From Squalus acanthias (Eukaryota): a DNA stretch of 64,000 nt. The notes beneath the pieces were generated by a model. It did no database searches and was not told the DNA's origin. It saw only the letters and a list, made by a program, of their open reading frames with translations. The stretch is taken from assembly GCA_030390025.1 (NCBI GenBank), contig CM059432.1:98768001-98832000 (forward strand), read 5' to 3'. The stretch's first letter is position 1. Every line of letters begins with the position of its first letter. Shown here one piece after another: positions 52,274 to 64,000 of the stretch. The position numbers and the translations under genes are program-made.

Positions 52274-53015
52274 GGCCCAGAAATTAAAGACTGAGTGTTG
52301 ACGCGGGGGTAAGGCTTCCCCGCGATCTCTCACTCCGCGTTGGCTTTTTCAGATCCAGCTCGCACGAACTTGATGTTCTAGACATCAGCTGGGCAGTGCT
52401 TGCGTATCCCACCGGTGTAGTGAATTCATGCGAGCTGTGGGATCACGTGACTCAGTAAGAGCCAATGGCAGCACACCATCTTCCATTCATAAGTTTCACA
52501 TAAGTGCTGTGAAAGCTATGAATCTTACACACCCCCAAAATAACAGCTAAACCTCAATTAAATTTTAAAAAACCCATCACATTAATAAAATAAGTATAGT
52601 TAAATAAATTAACCATTTTAAATAAAAAATTAAATTTTTGAAAAAATTTAAAATCTTTTAAAAAGTTATAAAAATAAACTTACCTGTCTTTAAAGTCTCT
52701 AAAAAAGATATACCTGTTAAAAAAAATTCAATATAATACTTAATTCACTACTTACCTTGTTAAAAGTGGGTCTTACTCCTCCTTTTTTCATTTCTAAAAT
52801 CTTCCGTCCTTACCTGCGCGTCCAAAGCACTAAGTGCACAGCGTGCGTGCAGCCTGTAGCGCGCACGCGGTGCACCGAGGAACCGCCCCCTTTTCCAAAA
52901 ACCAAGTGCCGGTTTTCAGCGCATGCGCAGTGCATGCAGAAAACCAGCAATTGGAGACAGAATACGCGAGAGTACGCAGTGCGTACTCTCGCGTCGCGGG
53001 ACTAATTTTTGGGCC
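52274..53015. mobile_element. Harbinger-type MITE
   Basis: TIR GGCCCAGAAATTA/TAATTTTTGGGCC; TSD ATT; interrupts CR1 ORF2 cleanly. Confidence 0.93.
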
Positions 53016-54412
53016 ATTATTTCTAGGGCCACTTCCTTCAGTTCCCTAGGATGTAGATTATCAGGCCCTGGGGATTTATCGGCCTTCAATCCCATCAATT
53101 TCCCTAACACCATTTCCCTAAAAATACTGATTTCATTCAGTTCCTCCCTCTCATTAGACCCAATGTTCCCCAACATCTCTGGGAGGTTATTTGTGTCCTC
53201 CTTTGTGAAGACAGAACCAAAGTATGTATTTAATTGGTCTGTCATTTCTTTGTTCCCCATTATAAATTCCCCTGATTCTGACTGCAAGGGACCTACGCTT
53301 GACTTCACCAATCTTTTTCTCTTCACATATCTATAGAAGCTTTTACAGTCAGTATTTATGTTCCCTGCAGCTTACTCTCATACTCTATTTTCCCCCTCTT
53401 AATTAATCCTTTTGTCCTCCTTTGCTGAATCCTAAACTGCTCCCAATCCTTAGGTTTGCTGCTTTTTCTGGCCAAATTATATGTACTCTCCTTGGATCTT
53501 ATGCTATCCCTAATTTCCCTTGTTACCCATGGTTGCACCATCTTTTTTGTTTTATTTTTATTCCACACAGGGTTGAACAAATTCTGTGGTTCATCCATGC
53601 AATCTTTAAATGTTTGCCATTGCCTATCTACCGTCAACCCTTTAAGTAACATTCCCCAATCCATCCTAGCCAACTCGCGCCTCATACCATCATAGTTTCC
53701 TTTATTTAAATTCAGGACCCTAGTCTCTGAGTCAACTACTTCACTCTCCATCTTAATGAAGCATTCTATCATATTATGATCGCTCCTCTCCAAGGGGCCT
53801 CGCACAATAAGATTGCTAATTAATCCTTTCTCATTACATAATACCCAGTCTAAGATGGCCTGATCTCCAGTTGGTTCCTCGACATATTGGTCCAGAAAAC
53901 CATCCCGTATACACTCTAGGAATTCCTCTTCCACAGTATTGTTACTAATTTGGTTAGCCCAATCTATATGTAGATTAAAGTCACCCATGATAACTGCTGT
54001 GCCCTTATTGCACGCATCTCTAATTTCCTGTTTAATGCCATCTCCAACCTCAGCATTACTGTTTGGGGGTCTGTATACAACTCCCACTAACATTTTCTGC
54101 ACCTTCGTATTTCTGAGCTCTACCCATACAGATTCCACATCATCAGAGCTAATATCCTTCCTAAGTATTGTGTTAATCTCTTTAACCAGCAATGCTACCC
54201 CACCTCCTTTTGCTTTTTGCCTGTCCTTCCTGAATATTGAATACCCCTGGATGTTGAATTCACAGCCTTTGTCACCCTGGTGCCAAGTCTCCGTAATCCC
54301 AATTATATCATATCCGTTTACATCTATTTGCAGAGCTAATTCATCCATCTTATTACGAATGCTCCTCGCATTAAGACACAAAGCCTTCAGGCTTGTTTTT
54401 TTAACACTCTTA

Positions 54413-55309
54413 GGGGGAGAAATTCAGTATCGCCCCATTTGGGGCGCAATTATCGGCCGGGCGCAAAGATTAGCGCCTGGCGCTAATTATCGCCACCGAC
54501 TGCAAACTTGACTTTTAACGCCCCTGGAGTTGATTGGAGCGCTAAATCAAGCGCTTCACACCTGTCTTAAGGCGCAAAGGCCGAGGAGCGAGGCGCTACC
54601 TCAGAGCGTTGGCGAAGCTCATGTAATGTCAGTCAGCAATGCAACACACACACAATGGCACGGGCCAGTTCTTAAAGGGGATGGTTGATCTTGCTTTCCA
54701 TCCACATCCTGCTCATTGCAGCCTTGAATCTCGGCCTGGAGAGACCTGCACGTCAAATCTGCTGGAAAGAACAATGGAGAGTACCAGGCAAAGAGCTCAG
54801 AGTGCAGCCCCCACAGTCTCTTCTAAATCGATACAAGGAATGGCAAATCAAAATGAACCTGCAAAGTGCTGCTCAGTACCCAAAACTCCTTCACACAACG
54901 TTGAATCTCTCCAGAAGTCTCTCTCTCTCTCTCTCTCTCAGAATGCGTAGTTCAAAAATGGCACCAACAATAAAAGGCAGGAAGCGGTCACCTTTAAATA
55001 GCACTCCCCCTTTCCCTTCATGACTGCAGAACGCTCCCCTCAACCTATCGTTGCTAGCGTCAGGTGGTAAGGCAGGGGGCGCCACTCAATATCCGCTCTG
55101 GGGCGATACCGGGGCGTTGCGCACTCGACTGACGTCACGATCTGCCGGTGCAGCAGATCATGGCGGTAGTGTTTAGCGCCGCTGCAAAATGTCTAGTTAA
55201 TTTCGCGAGCGGCGCAAACTTCGCCGCGCCTGGGCGCTAGATGCTTTGCACCCCATTAGCGCCCTCTTAAGGCGCTAACGGGAGGCGCAACCAACTGAAT
55301 TTTCCCCCC
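54413..55309. mobile_element. Harbinger-type MITE, copy 1
   Basis: 16-bp TIR GGGGGAGAAATTCAGT; TSD TTA. Confidence 0.93.
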
Positions 55310-55329
55310 TTAGTCCTTTTAGAATTATT

Positions 55330-56222
55330 GGGGGAGAAATTCAGTATCGCCCCATTGGGGGCGCAATTATCGGCCGGGCGCAAAGATTAGCGCCTGGCAC
55401 TAATTATCGCCACGGACTGCAAACTTGACTTTTATCGCCCCTGGGGGTGATTGGAGCGCTAAATCAGGCGCTTCACTCCTGTCTTAAGGCGCAAAGGCCG
55501 AGGAGCGAGGCGGTACCTCAGAGCGCTGGCGAAGCTCATGTAATGTCAGTCAGCAATGGAACACACACACAATGGCACGGGCCAGTTCTTAAAGGGGATG
55601 GTTAATCTCACTTTCCATCCACATCCTGCTAATTGCAGCCTTGAATCTCGGCCTGGAGAGACCTGCACATCAAATCTACTGGAAAGAACAATGGAGAGTA
55701 CCAGGCAAAGAGCTCAGAGTGCAGCCCCCACAGTCTCTTCTAAATCGATACAAGGAATGGCAAATCAAAATGAACCTGCAAAGTGCTGCTCAGTACCCAA
55801 AACTCCTTCACACAACGTTGAAACTCTCCAGAAGTCTCTCTCTCTCTTTCTCAGAATGCATAGTTCAAAAATGGCACCAACAATAAAAGGCAGGAAGCGG
55901 TCACCTTTAAATAGCGCTCCCCCTTTCCCTTCATGACTGCAGAACGCTCCACTCAAACTGTCGTTGCTAGCGTCAGGCGGTAAGGCAGGGGGTGCCACTC
56001 AATATCTGCTCCGGGGCGATACCGGGGCGTTGCGCACTCGACTGACGTCACGATCTGCCGGCGCAGGAGATCGTGGCGGTAGTGTTTAGCGCCGCCGCAA
56101 AATGTCTAGTTAATTTCGCGAGCGGCGCAAAAATCGCCGCGTCTGGGCGCTAGATGCTTTGCGCCCCATTAGCGCCCTCTTAAGGCGCTAACGGGAGGCG
56201 CAACCAACTGAATTTTTCCCCC
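55330..56222. mobile_element. Harbinger-type MITE, copy 2
   Basis: Same TIR; TSD ATT; highly similar to copy 1. Confidence 0.93.
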
Positions 56223-56362
56223 ATTATTTTCTGTGGCCCTGTTTGATTTACACCCTTAATTTCTCTGCCATCCACTTTTGCTTTTCTCCTACCTGTCTTT
56301 TGCTTCTATCCTTGCTTCCCTTTCCTCTGTCTCCCTGCACAGGTTCCCAACCCCCTGCCATT

Positions 56363-56543
56363 TTAGTTTAAACCCTCCCCAACAGCACTAGCAAACACTC
56401 TCCCTCGGACATCGGTCCCGGTCCTGCCCAGGTGCAAACCATCCAGTTTGTACTGGTCCCGCCTCCCCCAGAACCGGTTCCAATGTCCCAGGAACTTGAA
56501 TCCCTCCCCCTTGCACCATTCCTCTAGCCACGTATTCATCTGA
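56363..56543 (-). pseudogene. CR1 ORF1 C-terminus, SGNH/GDSL esterase-like
   Basis: MNTWLEEWC..EGFKFLGHW..FWGRRDQYKLDGLHL (DxxH motif). Confidence 0.85.
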
Positions 56544-57164
56544 AATATCCATAACAAAATCAGGAATAAATGCTTTCTGGAGAGGGAAGTAGGGGGAAAA
56601 AAATAGAAAAATAAATGCTGTAATTTCATTGTCTGAGGCTCTATGCAGCAACAAATAACTTGCATGTGATTATACGGTAGCCTTTTCCACTTCAGTGATC
56701 CTGACACATGCCAGAAAAACATATCCGAAAATTGTACCTTCCTATGCTGTAATTGTACATCCATTTCAATTGCACACCCTTTAAATACCAAGGCATTCAT
56801 CAAAATGCAAGATCTATTTACCTATTTACTGTGGAAGTTTTTTTTAGTCAAAACAGTGATTATTGCTATTATGTGATCATTTAAGAATTAAAGTCTTAAC
56901 AATTATGCTTTAAAATGAGCAGGATGGTTTTTGACAATTTAGACCATTAAACTGTCTTCCACTCTAATTCATTCTTCCCCAAAATTTCAAAACTATGGAA
57001 TTCCTTACCATCCTCCGTTTTCACTTTCTCGTACAATCTAAAGACTTATCTAACCCAAGTTTCATGTCGCCTGACCACAAACTGATTTACTTTGTTTTTT
57101 CATTTATTGTCTTCAACTTCAGTGCTATTTGCACTTTGAGCTTTGATCTTTCACCCAGATTTTT

Positions 57165-58495
57165 CAATAAGAAAAAGGGAGAAAGGGATAGATCAAGTAA
57201 TTACAGGCCAAACAGCCTAACCTCAGTGGTGGGCAAATTATTGGAAAAAATTCTGAGGGACAGCATTAATCGTCATTTAGAAAGGCACAGATTAATCAAG
57301 GACAGTCAGCATGGATTTGTTAAGTGAAGGTCGTGTCTGACTAACTTGATTGAATTTTTTGAGGTGGTAACGAGGAGGGTCAATGAGGGTAGCACATTTG
57401 ATGTAATCTACATGGATTTTAGCAAGGCTTTTGACAAGATCCCACATGGCAGACTGGCCAGAAAAGTAAAAGCCCATGGGATCCAAGGGAAAGTGGCAAG
57501 TTGGGTCCAAAATTAGCTCAGTGGCAGGAAGCAAAGGGTAATGGTCGACGGGTGTTCTTGTGACTGGAAGGCTGTTTCCAGTGGGGTTCAGCAGTACTAA
57601 GTCCCTTGCTTTTGTGGTATATATCAATGATTTAGACTTCAATGTAGGGGGCACGATTAAGAAGTTTGCAGATGATACGAAAATTGGCCGTGTGATTGAT
57701 CGTGCAGGAAGATATCAATGGACTGGTCAGGTGGGCAGATACACAAGAAATGGTAGGATACTGAGAAGTGTAGACGGACAGAGGGACCTTGGAGTGCATG
57801 TCCACAGATCTCTGAAGGTAGCAAGACAGGTAGATAAGGTGTTTAACAAGGCATACGGGATACTTTCATTTATTAGCCGATGCATAGAATATAAGAGCAG
57901 GGAAGTTATGGTAGAACTGTATAAAACACTAGTTAGGCCACAGCTAGAGTACTGCATGCAGTTTTGGTCACCACATTACAGGAAAGATGTGATTGAACTA
58001 GAGAGGGTACAGAGGAGATTTAAGAGGATGTTGCCAGGACTGGAGAATTTTAACTATGTGGAAAGATTGGATAAGCTGGGGTTGTTTTCTTTGGAACGGA
58101 TGAGGCTGCGGGGACACTTAATTGAGGTGTATAAAATTATGAGGGGCCTAGATAGAGTGGTTAGGAAGGTCCTATTTCCCTCAGCAGAGAGGTAAATAAC
58201 CAGGGGGCATAGATTTAAAGTAATTGGTAGAAGGATTAGAGGGGAGTTGAGGAGAACATTTTTCACCCAGAGGGTGATGGCGGTCTGGAACTCACTGCCT
58301 GGAAGGGTGGTAGAGGCAGAAACCCTCATCACATTTAAAAAGTACTTGAATATGCACTTGAAGTGCCGTAACCTACAGGGCTACGAACCAAGAGCTGGAA
58401 AGTGGGATTAGGCTGGATAGCTCTTTTTCGGCTGGCATAGACATGATCGGCTGAATGGTCTCCTTCTATGCCATTAATTTCAATGATTCTATGAA
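57165..58495 (+). mobile_element. CR1 LINE, truncated and internally deleted
   Basis: NYRPNSLTSVVGK, FADD, LERVQRRF and tail. Confidence 0.92.
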
Positions 58496-58895
58496 GAAAC
58501 AACACAATGATGAATAAAGAGTGTACGTATGGTGAGAGCTATATGACACTGGTGTTCTCTCCCCCGCTGGTTGCGCATAAGCCCCTTGGGAAAGGCGGGT
58601 TAGTGATTTTAAATATGCAAATTGCTCAACAGCAGCAATATTTCAACCCAGTTCCAAACTTAACAGTGCATCTACAAGTTTCCCAGGCTTCCTGAAACCA
58701 TTGGAGCTTGCCATTGGAACCAAGGCAAGAACTCAACGGCAATTCAAGGGGCTCATTAAAATTCAGGCAAATACTCCAATAAATACTCAGTGATCACAGT
58801 GGCTTTTTTACCTAAGAGTGGGAAAGGGTTTGTTCACAGTACATGTACTGAGAGGTTACTTTCTACACTTTGGAGGTTTTTAGAATCAGATGAGG

Positions 58896-60064
58896 ATGGG
58901 TGGCACCTTGGCTCCCTTAGATTGGACCTCGGACAAGGAACAATATGTACATCAGCAGCTGCTGTTGACAGATCTGCAGCTGAACAGTACAGAGAGGAGC
59001 AGCTCGCAGGAGGCACTACCTGAAAAACAGGGTGTACAGGCAGAGGCTGAGTTTCCTTGACCTGTCAGAAGAGCAGTGCTTCTGGAGACTCAGGTTGTCA
59101 ATCAGGTGATGGCAGATATCTGCAGCCTCCTAGAAGAAGACCTGCTTCCTGGTGGCCATGCATTACCTGTAACTGTGGAAGTGACCACCGCCCTCAAATG
59201 TTTTGCCTCCGGATCCTTCCAGGGCTCTGCCGGAGTCATATCCAAGATCTCCCAGTGTTCGGGATACAAATGCATAAGGCAGATGTCTGGTGGGTTGTTT
59301 GCCAGTGCCGGCAATTATGTCAACTTTGCCTGTGATGATGCCAGTCAGAATGAGCGGTCGCTCGGGTTTGTGTCTCTGGCTGGCTTCCCACAGGTGCAGG
59401 GTGTCATCACACTCCCAGATCAACCAGGAATATTCATAAACTGCAAGGGTTGCCACTCCATCAATGTGCAGATGCTGTACAACCACCAGAAAAGATATTT
59501 ATGCAGGTGTGCACTAGATTCCCGGGGAAATGCTATGATGCTTTCATCCTGTAGCAGTCCAAGCCCCCTGATGCCTTTGGACCTGTAAGCAGACCTAAAG
59601 GGTGGCTACTGGAAGACAAAGGATACCCCCTTCAGACTTGGCTGATGACGCTCGTGAGAAACCCAACCAATGAAACCCAAGAGCAGTACAATGAATGCCT
59701 TATGACCACCAGATGTGTCATTAAGCAAGCAATTGGCATGTTCAAGATACGCTTCAGCTGCCTGGACAGATCTGGAGGTGCCCTTCCACATGCACCAGCC
59801 AGGGTCTCCAGAATGACTGTGGTGTACTGCGCTCTGCCAAACATTGCGCTGCAGCGAGGATTGGAGCTGCAGGAAGATCAAGGTGCTGAGCGCACATTGT
59901 CTACAGAGGAATCTAAGGAGGAAGAGGTGGAGGAGGAAGAGTTGGAGAAGCAAGAGGAAGAGGAAGAGGAGGAGGAGGAAGATGATTATGCCAGTGCAGC
60001 ACCCGGTGCTCACACTACTGTCCAGGATGCCAGGGATTCCCTTATTACTACAAGGTTCACTTAG
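58896..60064 (+). pseudogene. Harbinger transposase (HARBI1-type), frameshifted
   Basis: ALKCFASGSFQ, AGFPQVQGVI, FINCKGCHSINVQ, DKGYP, TRCVIKQAIGMFKIRFSCLD; acidic tail. Confidence 0.92.
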
Positions 60065-60419
60065 TTGCCACCAGTGGATCGATTTAACAACCACATCAAT
60101 GGCCACTCTGCTCCCCCCGCAGCCCCCTCCCCACCCCCCACTCCAGTGCCACTAACACAAAGCAGTCCTGCAAACAACCATCTACCCATTGCACATCCCT
60201 CCCTCCACCTCCCCCCCGCCACACCCGCCATTGGTCCCCATCAATTCATGTCTTCCCATTCATCAATAAACAAATGAAATGCCAAGTTGCCGGCCAGCAA
60301 ACAAGAATGGGTAACACGGGAAAGTGGTGCAAAGTAATACATTTTATGTGATTCTACTGAAGAACGGAAACTTCATAACATAACATTTTGTCATACACCC
60401 ATGTGCATACCCTTGTGCA

Positions 60420-62211
60420 ACTGCAAAGCGTTGCTCTTCCTTTTCCTAATGCTCTAACATGGTGCAACCCCTGTGGCTTCAGCAGAGGTATAGGCAGGCT
60501 GCTCAGATCCCTACTCTGACTGCTCAGATGCTTTTGGCCAACAACCACTCAGGCTTGAGGTGGACTCCTCCATTCTGGCTGCAATTATGGTCAGTGTGCT
60601 TGGAAGGCCTGTCAGTGCATCGCACATTGCCTGCTGCTGCTCAATGATTCTTCTTTTCATCGAGGCCCCCAGGGTCCAGCATCTTTGTCCAGCTGAGCAG
60701 CGCTTGGAGAGGGCCGCGCCCTCTGACACGGACTCTTCCAATTCTGTCCATGACTCCATCATCCGCTCTTGTTCACTTGTGAAGTGTGAGTCACCGGGTG
60801 AAAACCCAAATATCTGTCTAACTGGACCAACCGATGTGCGAGTATCTGAGCTGGTGCATGGTAAGCATGAGTCCTGTGATGGTGCACCCTCACAACGATT
60901 CAGCTCCTCTGAGGATTCTTTGTCTGCAAGGTCCAGCCACTGCTGCTGCACATGTGAAGGCCCTGGAGGAGAGAAAAGATATGAATTAGTATTGGCAAGG
61001 TAAGAAGATGAAGATGATCATATTTCACTCACTGCTGAAATCAAGTCAACATGACTGAATGTTGTATGACGTGTGTGGAATATATTTGATTCTATCATCA
61101 GGTAGCTGGGAGGTCACCATCTCCCCATCTCCGATGGTCAGGGACGCCGAGATGCCACTGATCGGCAGCACTTCCTCCTCACCAGTTATCAGTTGTGAGA
61201 TCTGTGGAGGACCACCTCCGATCCTCTCCCTCTCCCTCGTGTTAAGTACTCTCCTCTCCTGCAATGAGGGAAAGAACAGACCTATGAGTGACAGAAATGT
61301 GTTGATCCAATGGATGCAGTGCATTTGATGAGGGTGACTATCAACAACAACAACAACTTGTATTTATATAGCACCTTTAATGTAGTAAGATGTCCCAAGG
61401 CGCTGCACAGGTGTATTTTAAGACAAAAAATTTGAAACCGAGTCACATAAGGATAAATTAGGGCAGGTGACCAAAAGCTTGGTCAAAAAGGTAGGTTTTA
61501 AAGAGCGTTTTAAAGGAGGAAAGAGAGGTAGCGAGGTGGAGAGGTTTAAGCAGGGAATTCCAGAGCTTAGAGCCTAGGCAACAGAAGACACGGCCACCAA
61601 ATGTTGAGCGATTATAATCAGGGATGCTCAAGAGGGCAGAATTAGAGGAGCGCAGATATCTCGTGGGGTTGTGGGTCTGAAGGAGATTACAGAGATAGGA
61701 AGGGGTGAGGTCATGGAGGGATTTGAAAACAAGGATGAGAATTTTGAAATCAAGGCAGGGAAAGCAATGAAATTGCATAAGGATGTGTGTGAGTGGCAGT
61801 GGTGGATGGATAGAGGGTGATGTGAGGAAGTGCATAGAAAGAGAAGAATGGGTGCGCTTTCAAGGTAAGTGGATGTGCAGAGTGATGTGATGGAGTAGGC
61901 TTGACAAGGCAGAGTGAGGGGGTGGGGGGATGCACACAGCAGGATGTAGGTGAATGTGGAACTGTACTCACCTTTTCTGACCTGGTCAGGTCATTAAAGC
62001 ACTTCCTGCACTGAAACCAGAAATGTTGAACAATGCTCCTGCTGCTGACCTTCTTAGCCACCTCCAGCCATGCCTTCTTTGTACCAGCAGTAGGTTTCTT
62101 CCTCCCATTGTTGGGGAAGAGTATCTCTCTGCTGCTCCTCACTGTCCACAGCAGTTCATCAAGGGAAGCGTCATTAAAGCGGGACGCAGCCTTTGTCCAT
62201 CCTGAATCCAT
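60420..62211 (-). pseudogene. Harbinger Myb/SANT-like gene, spliced, with an L2 fragment (61343-61755) in its intron
   Basis: SRFNDASLDELL...KKAWLEVA...QCRKCFNDL; acceptor TTGCAG at ~61260. Confidence 0.87.
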
Positions 62212-62939
62212 TCTGAAACTTCTTCCTCTCTGACTTCCAACTCCCAACTTCTCCAAATCCCATCTTTGGATTGACCCTTTAAATACTGGAGTTGAGATCG
62301 CATCATGTGGGTCCGCACCATCCCCGCTGCCACGCATTAGATGTCAATCCTGGAAGTAAAATGATAATGAGGTGGCTGCGTTAAAATGCCCGAGACAGAT
62401 GCGCTGAAATAACATCCGGGTTTCCCATGTGATATCAGAACCCCAACGCCTCTCGCAGTTAATATCGAGGCCATTGTTACCATTATGTCAATTATTCCCC
62501 AACAATTTACGTGCTAAAATTTCCAATGTGTAAGTGCTAAGAGTGGTAAATTTGACCTTTACTGCCTAACCTTAACAGACAAATGTTCACTTTTGTAAAT
62601 CCAATAAAAGATTAAATTATGCAAATGAATAAGTATAACAATAAGAAATGAGCCACTTGATTAAGTCAGGTGTTATTTCTGCTGTGAGTAATTTGAGTGT
62701 TAGGAAATGAACACTCAGAAGGAACAATCCATATTTCTGTGATGCAAACCATGACATTTTAGTTCAGTGTGGAGACCACTTTCAAGTTGGCCTTGAAAGC
62801 TCAAATACCTTTGAACCAAGCAACATATAAATTAGTTTAATTATTTCTCATCCAACTCCAATCCGCTCTCAGATGTCATTATTACAAAGATATCTGTCAA
62901 CTTTAATCCAGATTCAGTGGATTAACCTTTTAGAAACTT

Positions 62940-63860
62940 CCAGCTACATGGCACCATTTCACAATTTGACGATGACACGAAACTCGGAAGTGTAGTAAAC
63001 AGTGAGGAAGATAGTAATAGATTTCAAGAGGACATAGACAGGCTGGTGGAATGGACAGACTATTGGCAGATGAAATTCAATGCAGAAAAATGTGAGGTGA
63101 TACATTTTGTTAGGAAGAATGAGGAGAGACAATAAAAGCTAAATGTTACAATTTTAAAGGGGGTGCAGTAACAGAGAAACCGGTGGGTTTTTGTGCACAA
63201 ATCTTTGAAGGTGGCAGGACAGGTTAACAAAGCAGTTAATAAAGCATGTGGGGTCCTGGGCTTTATAAATAGAGGCAGAGAGTACAAATGCCAGGAAGTT
63301 ATGCTAAATCTATATAAAACACTAGTTTGGTCCCAGCTGGAGTATTGTGTCCAATTCTGGGCACCACACTTTAGGAAGGACATGAAGGCTTTGCAGAGGG
63401 TACAGAAGAGATTTACTAGAATGTTACCAGGGATGAGGGATTACAGTTACGTAGATAGACTGGAGAAACTGGAGTTGTTCTCCTTAGAGCAGAGAAGGCT
63501 AAAAGGAGATTTGATGGAGGTGTTTAAAATCATGAAGAGTTTAGATGGAGTAAATAAAGAGAAACTATTTCCAATGGCCAAAGGGTCGATAACCAAAGGG
63601 CACAGATTTAAGGTGATTGGAAAAAAGAACAAGAGGAAACATGCGGAAAAACTTTTTTACACAACGAGTGGTTAAGATTTGGAATGCACTATCTGATAGG
63701 GTGGTGGATACAGATTCAATAGCAGCCTTCAAAAGCGAATTGGATAAATACTTGAAGGAGAAAAAATTGCAGGGATATGAGGAGAGAGCAGGGCGCTGTC
63801 TCGATCGGGCCGAATGGCCTCCTTCTGTGCTGTACTATCCCATGATTCTATGATTCTGTG
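62940..63860 (+). mobile_element. CR1 3' portion
   Basis: DDDTKLG, WQMKFN, LEYCVQFW and (TTCTATGA)n tail. Confidence 0.92.
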
Positions 63861-64000
63861 ATGACCATGCAATGCTTCAAGGCAATACACAGGAAGTTAC
63901 GATAGTTAGCCTTGCAACACTGTAACATCAGTTCCGCTTCCCTGACATCAGTAGTAGGAAAAATGCTGGAATCCATTATTAAGGAAGTGGTAACGGGGCA

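Larger units (their letters stand above)
50744..56545 (-). mobile_element. Long CR1 LINE: ORF1 C-terminus, complete EN+RT region and tail; split by three MITEs
   Basis: CLNARSIRNK, GITETW, MGDFN, SDH (53356-54381); RT 50927-53326; (TTCTATGT)n tail. Confidence 0.96.
58540..62472. mobile_element. Near-complete two-gene Harbinger transposon (decayed)
   Basis: Convergent transposase (+) and Myb/SANT (-) genes; right end AATATCGAGGCC followed by ATT; left TIR not resolved. Confidence 0.85.

Noticed and set aside
58896..60064. Domesticated HARBI1 or MSANTD/NAIF1 host gene
   Set aside because: Frameshifted, multicopy and in transposon configuration.

Overview
Vertebrate genomic DNA made almost entirely of nested transposable elements; no host gene is recognisable. 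The repeat families resemble those of cartilaginous fish, but that is an inference. The window opens with a 5.3-kb C-rich minisatellite inside a Harbinger-type element. It then holds many CR1 LINEs, L2 and Tx1 fragments, PIF/Harbinger DNA transposons (HARBI1-type transposase and Myb/SANT genes, plus MITEs with 3-bp TSDs), three solo LTRs, a decayed Gypsy, DeuSINE and other SINEs, and Penelope-type ends carrying minimal hammerhead ribozymes. The most striking object is a 3.3-kb retroposon (35432-38733): a tRNA-like SINE head (A and B boxes) joined directly to an EN+RT ORF with no ORF1. Its sense strand, across four copies, almost entirely lacks TTTT Pol III terminators, making it a candidate Pol III-transcribed autonomous LINE. 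Also notable: two CR1s joined head to head in one insertion site, a conserved structured segment in the U5 of two divergent LTRs, and twin MITE insertions 20 bp apart. All calls were made by eye; boundaries are approximate unless a TSD or TIR is quoted.
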